Shown here: positions 29,390 through 45,825 of the stretch, one piece after another | Numbering within the stretch: the stretch's first letter is position 1 | Layout: the number at the start of each line of letters is the position of its first letter | Assembly: GCF_009914755.1 (NCBI RefSeq) | Contig: NC_060926.1 | Reading direction: 5' to 3' (one strand) | DNA from: the human T2T-CHM13v2.0 reference genome, Homo sapiens | Length of the DNA stretch: 64,000 nucleotides | Notes under the pieces: generated by a model | Told to the model about the DNA's origin: nothing | The model's database searches: none | What the model saw: only the letters and a program-made list of their open reading frames with translations | Translations under genes and position numbers: made by a program

Positions 29390-31365
29390 TCAACTAATTT
29401 CCACAACAACAGTAAGAGGTCAGTGTTGTGGCTGTGCCAGACCACACGTGCACCATCGTACTGTGGACAGCGTCCTGATGGGACCTGAGCCCAGACCCCT
29501 GCCTCTGACCCACGCCCCTTGCCCTGCACTGTGGCCGCCGTGTCTCTCACCAGCAAATTCCAGGGCTGGCTCAACTCCCGAGGCCTCTTCCTGCATAAAA
29601 GGATTAAAACTATGTTTTATGATTTCATTGTTCTTAATATATATTATTAAATATATTTCTATTATAGGTTTCAATATGTTCTTCAACTTAAAACTTTTTT
29701 TTGAATTTTTGCCCCTGGAAATAAGTGTGTTAAAGAAAGCAAATCATCAATTTAAAAAAAAAAAGAAAGAAAGAAAGAAAGAAAAAACAACCTTATATAA
29801 CAGAGCCTGAAACTAAACCACCATCCAGATTAGAAAAAACAAAAGTTCCAGAAATGATGCTGCCCAGGCCCTTGCATAAATCCGGCCCAGCCAGCACCCC
29901 CGAGGCCTGAGCCGTGAACACCTGCCTGCCGGGGCCACCATCCCCACAGAGCCGCTGGTGTCTGCCTCCTCTGCAGCCTGTCTGCACTGCGATGGCCTCT
30001 CACCCAGATGCTGAGCTGCTCCCCTCAGGGACAAGGGGATCTCACTTCACGCCTGTCTGACCACGTTCCACGGGGTCGTGATTGATGAAGCCTAGGGTGA
30101 GTCCGCCCACCGTCGGCAATGCTGGCCTGAAGCAGGCTGTGCAGGCCTCTGTCCTGAGACCTACCCTCCCTGGCTGGGGCACCAGTGTCTATCACACACG
30201 CCTCAAATTCAGCCACCTGTTTTTCTCTGTTCAAGGCTAATGAGCTAAACAGGCCTGGAGCATTGTTTTGTACTATTGATCACATTGTGAACCACAAGTT
30301 CCTGGGCTGGCACAGGCTTCTGCAGCCTCCTGCGTGGGATTCAGCAGACACCAACGAGTGAATTTCGAATCAGCACCTCTGCTCATTGAGGGTCTCTCTC
30401 GCAACATTCACGCCTTCCCACTTGCTCCTCGCTGAGACCCCACGGTGGGAAAGCCAGCGATCTCCACTCCTGGCCTCCTCCTTTTGGCCTGGATTCTGCC
30501 TTTGAAATATTTCCAGCAGTCAAACATCCACTTTGATGACTGGCTCCCTGGACAATCAGTTTCTAGAAACTTGAGCCTACCCCTCCCACAACACCCAAAA
30601 GGCACAGTCTCACTTAGCTTTCTGACCTCTCTCCTTTTAGAAGCTGCTTTGTCTCATCCCCTGGTCTCCGTCAGAGCCTTCCTCACCCCCTCCCCTTCCT
30701 CCCCTTTCTTCCCTTTTGTGACTGTCTTGAGACCCCGTAAGTCCCTGCCACTATCCCCGCATCTGTCTGGGACTGGATGGAGAGCCAAGGACCTGCCATC
30801 TGCATGAGAGAAGCTCCTGGGCCACTGGACCTGATGGAATCATCCATCGCTGTGGCTGCCCTGCTCCTGCTCAGGCCTCTCTCAGCGGCACTCTGCGGGG
30901 AGGGAGGTGGCACATCAGGCAGCCTGGTGCTGGCTCTCCTCCTGTGCGGTGCCAGGCGATTGCTGCCCAGTTTCAGCCATGCGGATGTAATGGCAGTGCC
31001 CTTCTCTAAGCTTCATTCCTGAAGTCATGGGTAGATTTGTAGACCCCGCACTGTGGAACGACTCTTCATTCTCATGACACACATGTGAAATTACCTCAGT
31101 TTTGCCTGCAGCTCCCTGCACATAGTAGGTGCCCAGCATGCGGCTGCGGAATGAGGGGTGCACCATCCTTTGAGCTTCTCTAAGCTGTCCCACTGTGCGC
31201 ACACAAAGACAACACAATGCTCATCGTTTGTCACCAGTCTTGAAAAGGATTTCATGACCCCAGCACTGCAGCCACCTGACTCATAACTCCACTTTGAAAT
31301 GTCCTTTCCAAGTACTTTCTGAAGTACTTCCATTCTTCAGAAAGACTTGAGACTATTTAATACTA

Positions 31366-31801
31366 CAGTGACCCTTAAACAATGCAAGACACAGGGGCAC
31401 CGACCCCGTGTAGAGTGGAAAGAAAATCCATGTATAACTTTTGACTTCCCCAAACCTTTACTCATAGCCTACTGTTCACCAGAAGCCTTGCAAATAACAG
31501 AAACAGTCAATTAACACATATGTTGCATGCTATACAAATATATATACTATGTATTAAATACTATTCTTACGATAAAGCTAAAAAGAAAATATTTTTAAGA
31601 CAATCATAAGAAAGAGAAAATATATTTACTATTCATTAAGTGGAAGTGGATCATCATAAAGCTCTTCATCCCCATTCAGTAGGCTGAGGAGGAGGCAGAG
31701 GAGGGGTTGGTCTTGCTGTCTCTGGGGTAGCAGGAGAGGAAAAAAATCCACATACAAATGGACCTGCCCAATTCAAATCTGTGTTGCCTAAGAGTCAATT
31801 G
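31366..31801. mobile_element. Tigger2a (MER28)-like DNA transposon
   Basis: TIRs 'cagtgacccttaaacaa' / 'gtgttgcctaagagtcaattg'; internal 'aaaatccatgtataacttttgact' and 'aagtggaagtggatcatcataaag'. Confidence 0.85.
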
Positions 31802-32904
31802 GACTTCTAGCATTTAACTCACACCCATTCACTGATAGGTTCCCTGCCCTGTTAAACTGAGAACTGTGAGCCAAAGGAGCCAAAGGTAACTGAGAAATTC
31901 TTACCCAAGCAGGTCGGTTTAGGAGTAAGAAAACCGAGGCCCTGAGACATGAGGTGGCCTCAAGGGTACCACAAAGAGGCAGTGGAGGCCTGGCCCCATC
32001 CAAGGCCTCTGCACACAGGACTCCGCAGAAGGTGTGGCCAACAGGGCCTGCTGATCCAGGGGACACCACCGCTGAGGTTAGGCCACCTGTCACCGACACA
32101 GTGACGAAGGTGTGCCCCTCACAGTTGTCTCCCACACAACTGGCTTAGATGGTCTTTCAGAAAAGTTCGCTCAATAAATTACATCTCCTCTTCCTCATGA
32201 CACTGTCGTGCTTGAAGACCATGACGGTCAAAAATAAAACCGTTTCCTGGCCCCGTCCCATCCGACCTCACTAAACATCTGCACCAGTTTAGCTGCTCCC
32301 AAACTCCGGGCAAGGGAGAGGCAGGGCTTCCGGGAGGCCTGGGCTAGCGTGAGGAGGCGAAGGCTCTGCTCCTCCCTGACGGGCACCGTCCGCAGGACTG
32401 GTCCTTCTCTGGCCGCACGAGAGGTTTTCTGAGCTGCTCCTGCTGCCACTCGACTTGCTCCCAGAGGAGTAGAACCAAATGTGCATCTCGTGAAGGAGAG
32501 AGAGGAGTAAGTTCCTGGACAGGAAGCTGATTCTCAAGTCACAGCAGATGTAAACCGCTACTCACACCAGGACAAGGTGCTAATGTCGCGGAACTCCCAC
32601 CTAGGGACTGGGAAAGGGAAAATGCTTCTTTCATGCTAACCTAGCACAGGCCCCGGGGTTCCGGGCTGTGATGGGGCCATGCAGACAGACACTAGTCTTT
32701 CCTTCATGGGCATTTCTGAACATGCCCTGAGGAAACGAATCTGCATGGGGATCACTGTAGGACTCAGACTCGGGCAGGTCAGTTAGGCAGGCCTGGCTTC
32801 CTAAGACTCCAGGCTTCAAAGCCTCGAACCTGCTCCCGTGCTGAGCTGGTTCCCCAAAGGTTCCTGCCTCTCACATTCCTTTCCTCCCTTGTCCCCAAAA
32901 CTGT

Positions 32905-34041
32905 AAGGTGACGACGGGTTCAGGGGTACACGCTCAAGGTGACGACGGGTTCAGGGGGTACACGCTCAAGGTGATGACGGGTTCAGGGGTACACGCTCAA
33001 GGTGACGACGGGTTCAGGGGGTGCACACTCAAGGTGACGACGGATTCAGGGGTACACACTCAAGGTGATGACGGGTTCAGGGGGTACACGCTCCAGGTGA
33101 TGACAGGTTCAGGGGTACACAGTCAAGGTGAAGATGGGTTCAGGGGTACACACTCAAGGTGAAGACGGGTTCAGGGGGTACACGCTCAAGGTGATGACGG
33201 GTTCAGAGGTACATGCTCAAGGTGATGATGGGTTCAGGGGGTGCACGCTCAAGGGGATGACGGGTTCAGGGGGTGCACGCTCAAGGTGATGGTGGGTTCA
33301 GGGGGTACACGCTCCAGGTGATGACGGGTTCAGAGGTACATGCTCAAGGTGATGATGGGTTCAGGGGGTACACGCTCAAGGTGACGATGGGTTCAGGGGG
33401 TACACGCTCAAGGTGAAGATGGGTTCAGGGGGTACACGCTCCAGGTGATGACAGGTTCAGGGGTACACACTCAAGGTGAGGACGGGTTCAGGGGGTACAC
33501 GCTCCAGGTGATGACGGGTTCAGAGGTACATGCTCAAGGTGATGATGGGTTCAGGGGTACACACTCAAGGTGATGACGGGTTCAGGGGGTGCACACTCAA
33601 GGTGATGACGGGTTCAGGGGGTACACGCTCCAGGTGATGACGGGTTCAGAGGTACATGCTCAAGGTGATGATGGGTTCAGGGGTGCACACTGAAAGTGAT
33701 GATGGGTTCAGGGGGTGCACACTCAAGGTGATGACAGGTTCAGGGGGTGCACACTCAAGGTGATGACGGGTTCAGTGGGTGCACGCTCAAGGTGATGACG
33801 GGTTCAGAGGTACATGCTCAAGGTGATGATGGGTTCAGGGGGTGCACGCTCAAGGGGATGACGGGTTCAGGGGGTGCACGCTCAAGGTGATGATGGGTTC
33901 AGGGGTGCACACTGAAGATGATGATGGGTTCAGGGGGTGTACACTCAAGGTGATGACGGGTTCAGGGGGTGCACGCTCAAGGTGATGACGGGTTCAGGGG
34001 TACATGCTCAAGGTGATGACGGGTTCAGGGGTGCACATTCA
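32905..34041. repeat. Minisatellite/VNTR, 36 x 31-32 bp (aaggtgatgacgggttcaggg(g)gtacacgctc)
   Basis: Counted 36 units with interspersed variant types. Confidence 0.98.
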
Positions 34042-34341
34042 TCACTCCTCCTGCAGATGGACAGTGTTTCCCCACAGCCTGTGCAGTCGTGGGCTTTGGG
34101 ATTTACACACCAGGAGGAATAATCTCTGATACATCAGGACTGGGCCAAGGTCTCATGGAAGTACCAGCACCTTGGAAACATTTTTATGACAAAATAAAAC
34201 AAAACAAAAAGCTATGGCCAGGAGAGTGTGGCAAGAACAGGCATCTGAACACCTGGACCCAACACAGCTATGCAGGATGATGGCACCCAACCTGGCCCTC
34301 ACAAGCTCCAGGGCAGGTGCCACCACCTGGAGCCACCTCCC

Positions 34342-34630
34342 TTTTTTTGAAACAGAATCTCACTCTGTCACCCAGGCTGGAGTGCAGTAGCATGACCTTG
34401 GCTCACCGTAACCTCCGCCTCCCGGGTTCAAGTGATTCTTGTGCCTCAGCCTCCTGAGTAGCTGGGACTACAGGCATGTACCACTACACCCAGCTAATTT
34501 TTATATTTTTAGTAAAGACGGTGTTTTATCATGTTAGCTGGGCTGGTCTTGAACTCCTGACCTCAGGTGATCCACCCACCTCGGCCTCCCAAAGTGCTGG
34601 GATTACAGGTGTGAGCCACCGTGCCCAGCC
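34342..34630 (-). mobile_element. Alu (AluSx-like)
   Basis: Reverse dimeric Alu, 'cctgacctcaggtgatccacccacctcggcc'. Confidence 0.95.
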
Positions 34631-36439
34631 CCTTTTGTGTCTGATGCCCATGACTGAATTCATTTCTCTTTCTCTCGCATGTTCACGTCACAAACCGTCT
34701 CATCCCTGGTGAGTTACCTCCTGGGATGTATCCTCACTCACTTTCCCATCTCCATGAGACCCTGTCAGTCCGATGGTCTCTAGTCCCTCCCCACCTCCCA
34801 GGACCACCTTCCTTGCTGTATTCTAAACGTCCCGACTCCATCTGATGTAGGTGGGAATTTAGCATCTGCCCTCCTGCCCCAGGCCCCTCTCAGTAACCAT
34901 GGACTTCTTGAAGTCCTCTCAGCTCCATGTCTTGCCTTTGCAGAAGGCCCTACCTCCACCACCCACCTCCTGTGGCCTCCTCTGATTCATCCACATGCAA
35001 ATCACAGCCCCTCACTCGGCCCTTTTAGCACCCTGGATGGCTGGTGCTGCGGGAAGAGCTAGGGATTCCACCGCCGCCTGCCGCAAGCAAGCCCAGGCAC
35101 CAGCAACGGGAAACCTGATGGCTTGCTGCTTAAATGAGGAAGCAGTGGCTTTTCCCATCAGACAAGAAGTCCAGGGAAGGCCCTTCAGGCCTGGAGGACT
35201 GCCAGGGCGCCCCGATAGACCAGACGGCCCTCCCCTGCTGGCTGCTCCAGGGCAGTCTCCGCAGTGCGGTCCCCCACGGCCAGGGCTCCTACAGGCATCA
35301 GGCCAGAGACCAGGCTGACTGTGCCAACGCACTCTGCTTTTCAGGCTTTGCATTTTTATTCAGGAAAAATCGTCCCCTTGGTCACAGGGATTTTCTCCCT
35401 TCATCTAACTGTGCAGAATTGGCCTCCAGGGCCAAGGCCGCTTGAAAAGAGCAACAAGGCATTCAGGCCTTTGCAGTGGAGAAAGGAGGATAAGAAGGTT
35501 CTGGGGCAGGTGGTCCATGCTGCTCACCATAGGCCCTCCCCGTCCCCTGTGTCCCACCCCTGGGAGCTGTGGAGGCTGCCTAGCTCCTTCCACAGGAAAC
35601 CCCATTACTCTCATCTCTTCCCTTCACTCATCATCTTTCTAGATCCGGGAGACTCAAATATAGACCCCTTTACTGCACTCCTTTCTTCTAGACCATGCCT
35701 TTCTCCAACCGAAACACCACAACCATGTCTCCCAGGTCGCTTCTTCCACATCGCCCACATTGAGATGCAGGCCTCTCCCGCTCCAGGTTCTGCAGGCAGG
35801 AAGCTGCCATCTGCAGACTCCTCCCCTGCCCCGACTGCTAGGAGGACGCACCCCCTGCCCCCAAGACAGAGGCAGCCACATGGTGTTAGGGCAGTGATGG
35901 CATTGTTTTTCTCACTGTCTTAAATCCACATTTTCTTGATATCCCAAAAAAGGAAACTGAGGCACAAAGAAGTTAATGGCATGTGCGTGTCATATGGATA
36001 GGATGATGGAGGAATTCCAGGGGAGCCAGAGGCAGGTGTCCCAGTCCCCTGCTTTCTCACGGCTCTGAGACAGCTCAGCGTTCAGCTCCACACCTTCTCC
36101 CACTCAGTCCTGGAGCCAGCAGACCGGCTCCTGGAACCATTTCCTTCCGTCTCTCCTCACACACCCACACTTGGGGCTCTTCCTCCTCCTTCCTGGGGTG
36201 CATATTTTTTAAATAGTCTCTAAATGCTGATAATATTCTTTCCCCTCCTAATCACCACAAAGAAAAAGAAAAAAAAATTAACACAGCACCTCCTTGAGGG
36301 CCCCTACTCCCAAGCTCTGAATGTCTTGCTGCCTTTCAATTGAGTGTTGGATACTCTCAGCTGTTTCTCTCCAACTTGCTTGAGAACCCATGACAAACGA
36401 TAACTGGCTTTTGACCTTGGACGTCAGGCGCCACCTCCG

Positions 36440-37610
36440 CAGGGCTGGCTGCATGGGGACAACCTACGCAGGCCCCACCGCCCGCTCAGAAGGCCGACAG
36501 TTCTGCTGTCATTGTCGCAAATGTTTATTGAGGTTGTCTCTGCACTTGTGTTCCGCGAGAGAAATCAACAAGACAATGGAGGCTCGGCCACCCGAGATCC
36601 CACCACACGCCTCCCTGGGGTGAGGTCTGGACCACCAGCTCCAAAGCCCCAGCCATCCCCACCTGGCTGCCCTGCCCTGCTCTACCACCTGCTGTCATCC
36701 AAGCTTTGGGGAACCTCTGCCCGGGGGCCTTAGCATGGAGGGCCCACATCCCAGCCTGGGCGGGCGGCGTTGGGTGGGGTGACGCCTACTGTCACTCCTG
36801 ACCCACGTCCTGAGCCTGTTTCCCCACCAAGGTGTAAAGATCCCAGGGCCACCTGTATGCTCTGGTTGGGGCTGTGGGCTGTGGAGGGGAAATGTTTGGC
36901 TCAAATTCCCCTGAGCCTGTCCCCTGCCAGAACACAGGGGTCGAGAGGTCCCCAGAGCCTGCCCCTGCCAGGACACAGGGGTTAAGGGGTCCCCAGAGCC
37001 TGTCCCCTACCAGGACATAGGGGTTGAGAGGTCCCCAGAGCCTGTCCCCTGCCAGGACACAGGGGTTGAGAGGTCCCCAGAGCCTGTCCCTGCCAGGACA
37101 CAGGGGTTGAGAGGTCCCCAGAGCCTGTCCCCTGCCAGGACACAGGGCTCGAGAGGGCCTTGGGCACTTGTCAGGGTTCACAAGGACGCCGGTGCCTGGA
37201 CAGCGCTCCTCACTGGCTCTGTGCCTGGGAGACCCTCCCTCCTTCAACCTCCCTGGCTCACTGCAGATTGATCTCTCCATGGCACCCACGGGAGACAAGC
37301 CATGAAATACAAATTGTGTCACTATATGATTCTTTGTGCAAGTTAAATCCTCATATTTACATTTAAAACTAACTTTGCACAGTATGAAGACGAAAGGTAA
37401 AATTTATGCTGATTATTCAAATTTTTGTTTTTTTATTTAGAACTGCAGTAATTATCCAATAAAAACCTGCCTTGTGAAGAGCAAGACCGTGGAAGAAAGG
37501 AAAAAGCTTACCTTTCACCGCCGTCAAAGGTACTTCACTCTCACTTTTTGAACAAGGGGCCCCACAATTTCATTGTGCACGGGGCCCCGCAAATTGCAGA
37601 GCCGGCCCTG
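36440..37610 (+). mobile_element. hAT-Tip100 DNA transposon (MER45B/C-like) containing a minisatellite
   Basis: TIRs cagggctggct / agccggccctg; 8-bp TSD cacctccg / ctcctcag (6/8); 3' end 'ttttgaacaaggggccccacaatttcattgtgcacggggccccgcaaatt' matches MER45. Confidence 0.8.
36911..37159. repeat. Minisatellite, 6 x 41-42 bp (cagagcctgtcccctgccaggacacaggggttgagaggtccc)
   Basis: Directly visible. Confidence 0.96.
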
Positions 37611-37879
37611 CTCCTCAGTGCACTAAGAGGGTTACCAAATGAACCAAATGAAAGCCAAGTCTCCCTCACGCTAAACAGCTGGTAACTGGCCCCCGCCATT
37701 GCCAAATACAAGGTTTTCTCCCGGCTAACACACGCTAGCAGGAGGCTCCTGTCCCTCAACTCCAGACTCTGTACTTTGCACCTGCCTGGTCCCAAGGCCC
37801 CAAAGCTGTCAGGTCAGGGAACATCAGCTCAGAGCAAGCTCAGCCTCGTCATGGCGGCAGCGGCTCATGCTCGGATGGG

Positions 37880-37990
37880 CTATGCTCGGCCTGATTAGAT
37901 TGGCCCAAATGCTTTAAACATCAAACGAGCTGACCCCTGACATGAGACAGGTTGATTTATTATCCTGCCGGCGCTGCTGACAGCCGACAC
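37880..37990. promoter_or_regulatory. Candidate PBX-HOX/MEIS enhancer module
   Basis: TGATTTAT 37953-60, TGACAG 37978-83, plus TGATTAGATTGG, ACATCAAA and TGACAT in apparently non-repeat, CpG-retaining DNA; motif inference only. Confidence 0.35.
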
Positions 37991-39639
37991 CAGGAGCCTG
38001 GCCCTGTCTGGTGATTTCTCAAGCTCTGGGCGCATGAGCGGCCCCGCATCCTCTAGCACATCAGCCCAGGCAGCCCGCTGGAATGCTAAGGGGCTCCTAC
38101 CCAGGTTTGCTTTTTAAAGAAACTCAAATGAAGAAGCCAATCACGGGCAACAAGGAAAGTCTGCTGTGTGTGCCTGGAGATACTTATGGGCCACACTAGG
38201 AAAAGCAGGCAAACCTCAGCTAGAACCTGGCTGGCAGGAGGCTGGGGGTCACAGAGGGAATGAAGCCAAGGGGTGCTCCTGTCCAAAGTCGCCCTGCTTT
38301 CCCAACTGCCTGCCCAGCCACCTCCCTCTCACGTATTTCACAATGAGAATTTATTTCAGCATTACTAATTCAGAATTTATGTTAATGCGGAGTGGAGAAC
38401 AAGCTCATCTGTAACCTTCATGATGAAGAACTCAGTTGCACAGACAGCACTGCAGAGGCCATAAGCCACCTGTTTACGGCCAAGGGTGGGGACCGCCCAC
38501 AGGTACCTGAGAGCCCTGTACTTCCAGGCCAGCCAGCCATGCACCCATTACCTCAGCTTCTCCACTTCTTAAACCAGGTGCAAGGATTTCTCTTCGTTAA
38601 GTGTACACGAGCCCATCCCAAGTTTCCGCACATACCCAGGTGTTGGTGAAGCCCCACTTCATTAATTCAGGCTAGCGCCCACCAACGGCTGCAGCGTCAA
38701 GCCTCTGAGACATCAGCTGTCTGCTGTGCACATGGAAGTACTCTTCCTTAGGAAAGTCCTTTCCTCTTGAGTCTCAATGTACCCAACTTTTAAGTAGGGG
38801 GGAGGGGTTCATAAAATTCATTGTTCCTGGCTCGCAGGCCATTGGGAGGATTCACAAAATGATGTGCAACAGCTTGGCAAGATGCCAAGCCCCAGGGGCT
38901 TGCAGTTGTTGATGAGGAGGAGAAATGTGCCCTCCTCCCTGCTGTGGGGCCACCTCCTAAGTCTTCCTAGTTCTGGCTCCCTTTTTCCTCTGACCATTTG
39001 CCATCACTCGTTGTGGGTGCAGATGAGCTCCTGGTCTCCGGAAGAAAGTCTAAGATCCTGAGCGACGTGGCACAAACATAGATGCAGAAGCAAAGCAAGG
39101 TTCTGTCCAGCACTCACCAGGAGCCCAGGGCTGAGGCTTTGGCTAATCAGCCTCTTCATAACTTTTTTCTCTTCATAAACATGGAGGATCTGTGAGCCTG
39201 CACCCAGTCTCAGGGCTGAAAGGGAGAAGCACATGAAAGTCCTTTGCTCTGGGCTTGAAAGTCCAATGCTTACACTCCTAGGAAGTTGATAGGAAAGTAG
39301 GAACAAGGCCACCCTGCAGAGTTTAATTAAATGTTCAAGTCTATTTAGGCACTCTAAATAGGCACAACTTTTCCTAGATTTGGGAAAGGAGTAATAAACA
39401 AAGAAAGAGGAATAGTATTCCAGAAAGACATTCGTAAAGTCCTTTTAAAACTGAAATGAAATACTCTGGAACCAGATACTCAGCCTCCAGCAGGCAGCCA
39501 GACATATATCTCCATATGGGAGACTGGAAGGACCTCCTCTTGGGACTCTGAGTCACCAAAAAGGAAAGAACCAAGAAGCTGCAGAGGCTCTGCAGGGAAG
39601 CCCACGGTTGACCAACTCTGCTCAAGCTTTCAGAACTGC

Positions 39640-42900
<3,261 letters not shown>

Positions 42901-43034
42901 CCACTTTAGCCAAGGTGGGCAAATAGGAACTGGATTTACTCTCCTGCCTGAAATAACCAATGAATGCACAAAATATATAAAAGGGCAGTTGACAAAACAC
43001 TGGACATCAGATGAGTGCCATGGTTTACAGAGAT

Positions 43035-43330
43035 TGTTGGCTGTCTAACAATGATCCATGCTCCCTTTCATAATGTAAAGTTGCTACTGAAAAACAGCAG
43101 CCCATCCAGCAACCATATTTTCAAGCCCCCTTGTCTTCAAGGGGAGCCATGTGTCAAAGTTCTGGCCAAGAATGGCGGATGAGAATGATGCACTCCACCT
43201 CTAGCACTCATCGGGAATTCACGTCCACAGAGCCCTCCGCACTTTCTCCGCCCTTTGCAGTTGCACAAAGTTGCCTGGGGTGACTATGGGAGCCATGTGG
43301 TGATACTGATGGAGCTTCTGTGGGCTGATT
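43035..43330 (+). mobile_element. Old ERVL LTR fragment (LTR16/LTR33-like)
   Basis: 'ttcaagcccccttg...gccatgtgtcaaagttctggccaa' motif. Confidence 0.4.
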
Positions 43331-43944
43331 CTGGAGCAACCAGAAGGATGGTGCAGAGCAGAGCCCTTTCCCTTCACTATCTCCCACACCACAGATCCAG
43401 CACTCAAGGCACTGCAAAGTGGATGGAAGCTTAGTCTCCACAGCAGCCCACGGCCCAACATCATAGAGTCTTACTGAAGGAGAAGCCAACAAGTGCATGG
43501 GAAAGCACCCATCCCCAGGGTCTCAAGGCACATGGGGCAAGGCTGCCATCCACGAAGGGTCAGTACTGGGCTTTGTTCCCAGAAACTGAGGCTGATGCAA
43601 GGGAAACCTGAAGTCAGTTATGACACCATGTCCAGGGAAGAGGAAGGAGCCCGGGGAGCATGTGCCTGGGAAGGACTGGAAAGGAAAGTGAGACATCAAG
43701 AGTCCCTGGCTCAGATGCAGCAAAGGCTAAGGTCAGATGAGAAAAGGGTAAGCAGAAGTAGCATTTACCTCCTGAACAGGTTTGGGACATTCAGACTGCT
43801 GGTCACTGCATGTCGGCAGCATGGTTCCTAGAGGGGTCAGTCCCACAAAGACCAGGTCAGGGTTCATAGAAAATTATGGCCAATGGATGAATACAGGACA
43901 CCTGTTTGCAAATTGCTTATCTTTGTGGCACAGAATCAAAGCCA

Positions 43945-44320
43945 AATAGATGGCTGCTGCTGATGATGATAATGAAGAAGAATGATATATGATTGGTTGA
44001 TAGGTGATAGATGGTAGATAGATAATTGATAGATGATAGATGATGAATGGATGGTGATAGATGATCAATAATAAATGATAGGTAACTGATAGATGATTAA
44101 TTGGTTGACTGATGATTGATAGATTATAAATAGTAGGTAGATGGTTGATAGATAATTCATTGATAGATGATTGGCAGATAGTGGATAATAGATGATTGAT
44201 AGATAATTGATAGGTAGATAAATGATGGATAATAGAGGATTGATAGATATAGACAGATACATAGAGATAGAGATAGATAGATAGATGGATAGACAGACAG
44301 ACAGATGATAGATAGATAGT
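43945..44320. repeat. Degenerate (GATA)n/(GAT)n/(GACA)n microsatellite region
   Basis: Directly visible, ~375 bp. Confidence 0.95.
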
Positions 44321-45825
44321 TACAAGGAGGAATCAGTGTGGAATACAGGATTGAAAAGATGAACTTTGGATTAAACGTGACCAGGTTCAAGTCCTAGTGC
44401 CTTCCCTGCCCCTAGCTGTGTCGTTTTACACAAGTCATTTCCCCTCTTAGAGACTGTTGTTAGACTAGATCTGTATTTTTTCAAACCATTTTCGGGCAAG
44501 TGGGATGAGAGATATGCAGTGTGTGAGAGTCCCAGACCCTTACCCAATTTCAACCAGAATAGTCTAGAGTTTTAGCTCTTTTATTAAGTTTCATGCATGA
44601 TAATATTTTAAGAACCAGTTCCACTGCTAAAACAATTATTAAAAATACAGATCAGATCATCTCAAGGCCCTTACAAGGCTAAGAGTTTAAGGAATAGCTC
44701 CTTGGCCAGCTCCAGGTACCCCACGCCTGAAACACACCTAAGACAGAGACCCCAGGGCTGGGGGCTTCCCTACCTTCTGCCCAGAGCTGCCAGTGTCTCG
44801 TTCTTGTCACTGCTGCTTCCTGAGCCGGCTGCATCAGGTAACCTGGTGCCTGACATGTGGTGGTTGCCCAATAAATGCTGGATGAAGAATGGCAAAAAAA
44901 AAAAAGCCATCCATCAATAGTGATTATTGATTCAACAAACAGTTCCTGCAAACCTATTTACCCGGTAGCCTGGTAGGTGCTAGCGTTGATGAGAAGACAA
45001 TTCTTGCCCCAGATGCAGTCCAGCAAAATGAGTGCTTACAATATAGTGGGAGGAATTCAAGGTAAAAACAAGATGCTGCAGAAGCCAACAGGAGCGACCC
45101 CCAACCCTGCAGGCTAGGCAAGGGGAGCAGGGAGTATCTGGAAGAGTGGGGCCTTCCTTCTTGAGGAGGGTACCCCAGGGAGGGTGGAGGAGCCCTAGGG
45201 AGTGGAGACAGAGGGCTGCGCCAAGGAAGCCAGGTGTGATGCCTTGGGGTACGGGGAGCACAGGACTCTGAAAACCCATAAATCACGCCACGTGGTTGGG
45301 GCACAGGTGTGGGTCCCAGAGAGGAGAGGGGAGCTGGAGAGGTGGGCACAGCCCAGAGCACTGGAGATTAGGCCAGGAGTGAGATTCGCTCTACAGGCAT
45401 GGAACCCAGGGAAGGCTGCATGACCGGAGCACGGTCAGGTAGGTCTCTGCTAAAGTACACCCTATCCCCACAGGACATCTGGACCTGAGAGGTCGGGTGA
45501 GAGGCTAGGCACTCCTCAACAGGGACAGCAATAGCCCAGATGGAGAGGACGGCCGTGGCGGTGGAGAAAACGGGTGGATTCAAGAGATACTAGTACAAAT
45601 AATTCATTAATGCATCATTTATTTCGAAATAAAAAAATCTGCTGATTGTAAGACCAACCTGTGTGTTTGAGAAAATCTCTATCACCAACTATTCTCTTTG
45701 TAAGCCTAAATTTTGTATCTCTTTAAACTAAATCAGGAGGATAAGCCTTTATTTATCACCCCAGTGGGGAATGAAAGCAGTTCCCACTTGCCCTCTTCTT
45801 TTGCTGCTTCTTCTCTTTCTTTTAG

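Noticed and set aside
32905-34041. CRISPR-like array or C/D snoRNA cluster (TGATGA in most units)
   Set aside because: Units are contiguous with no unique spacers, no cas genes and no consistent D boxes; this is a eukaryotic minisatellite
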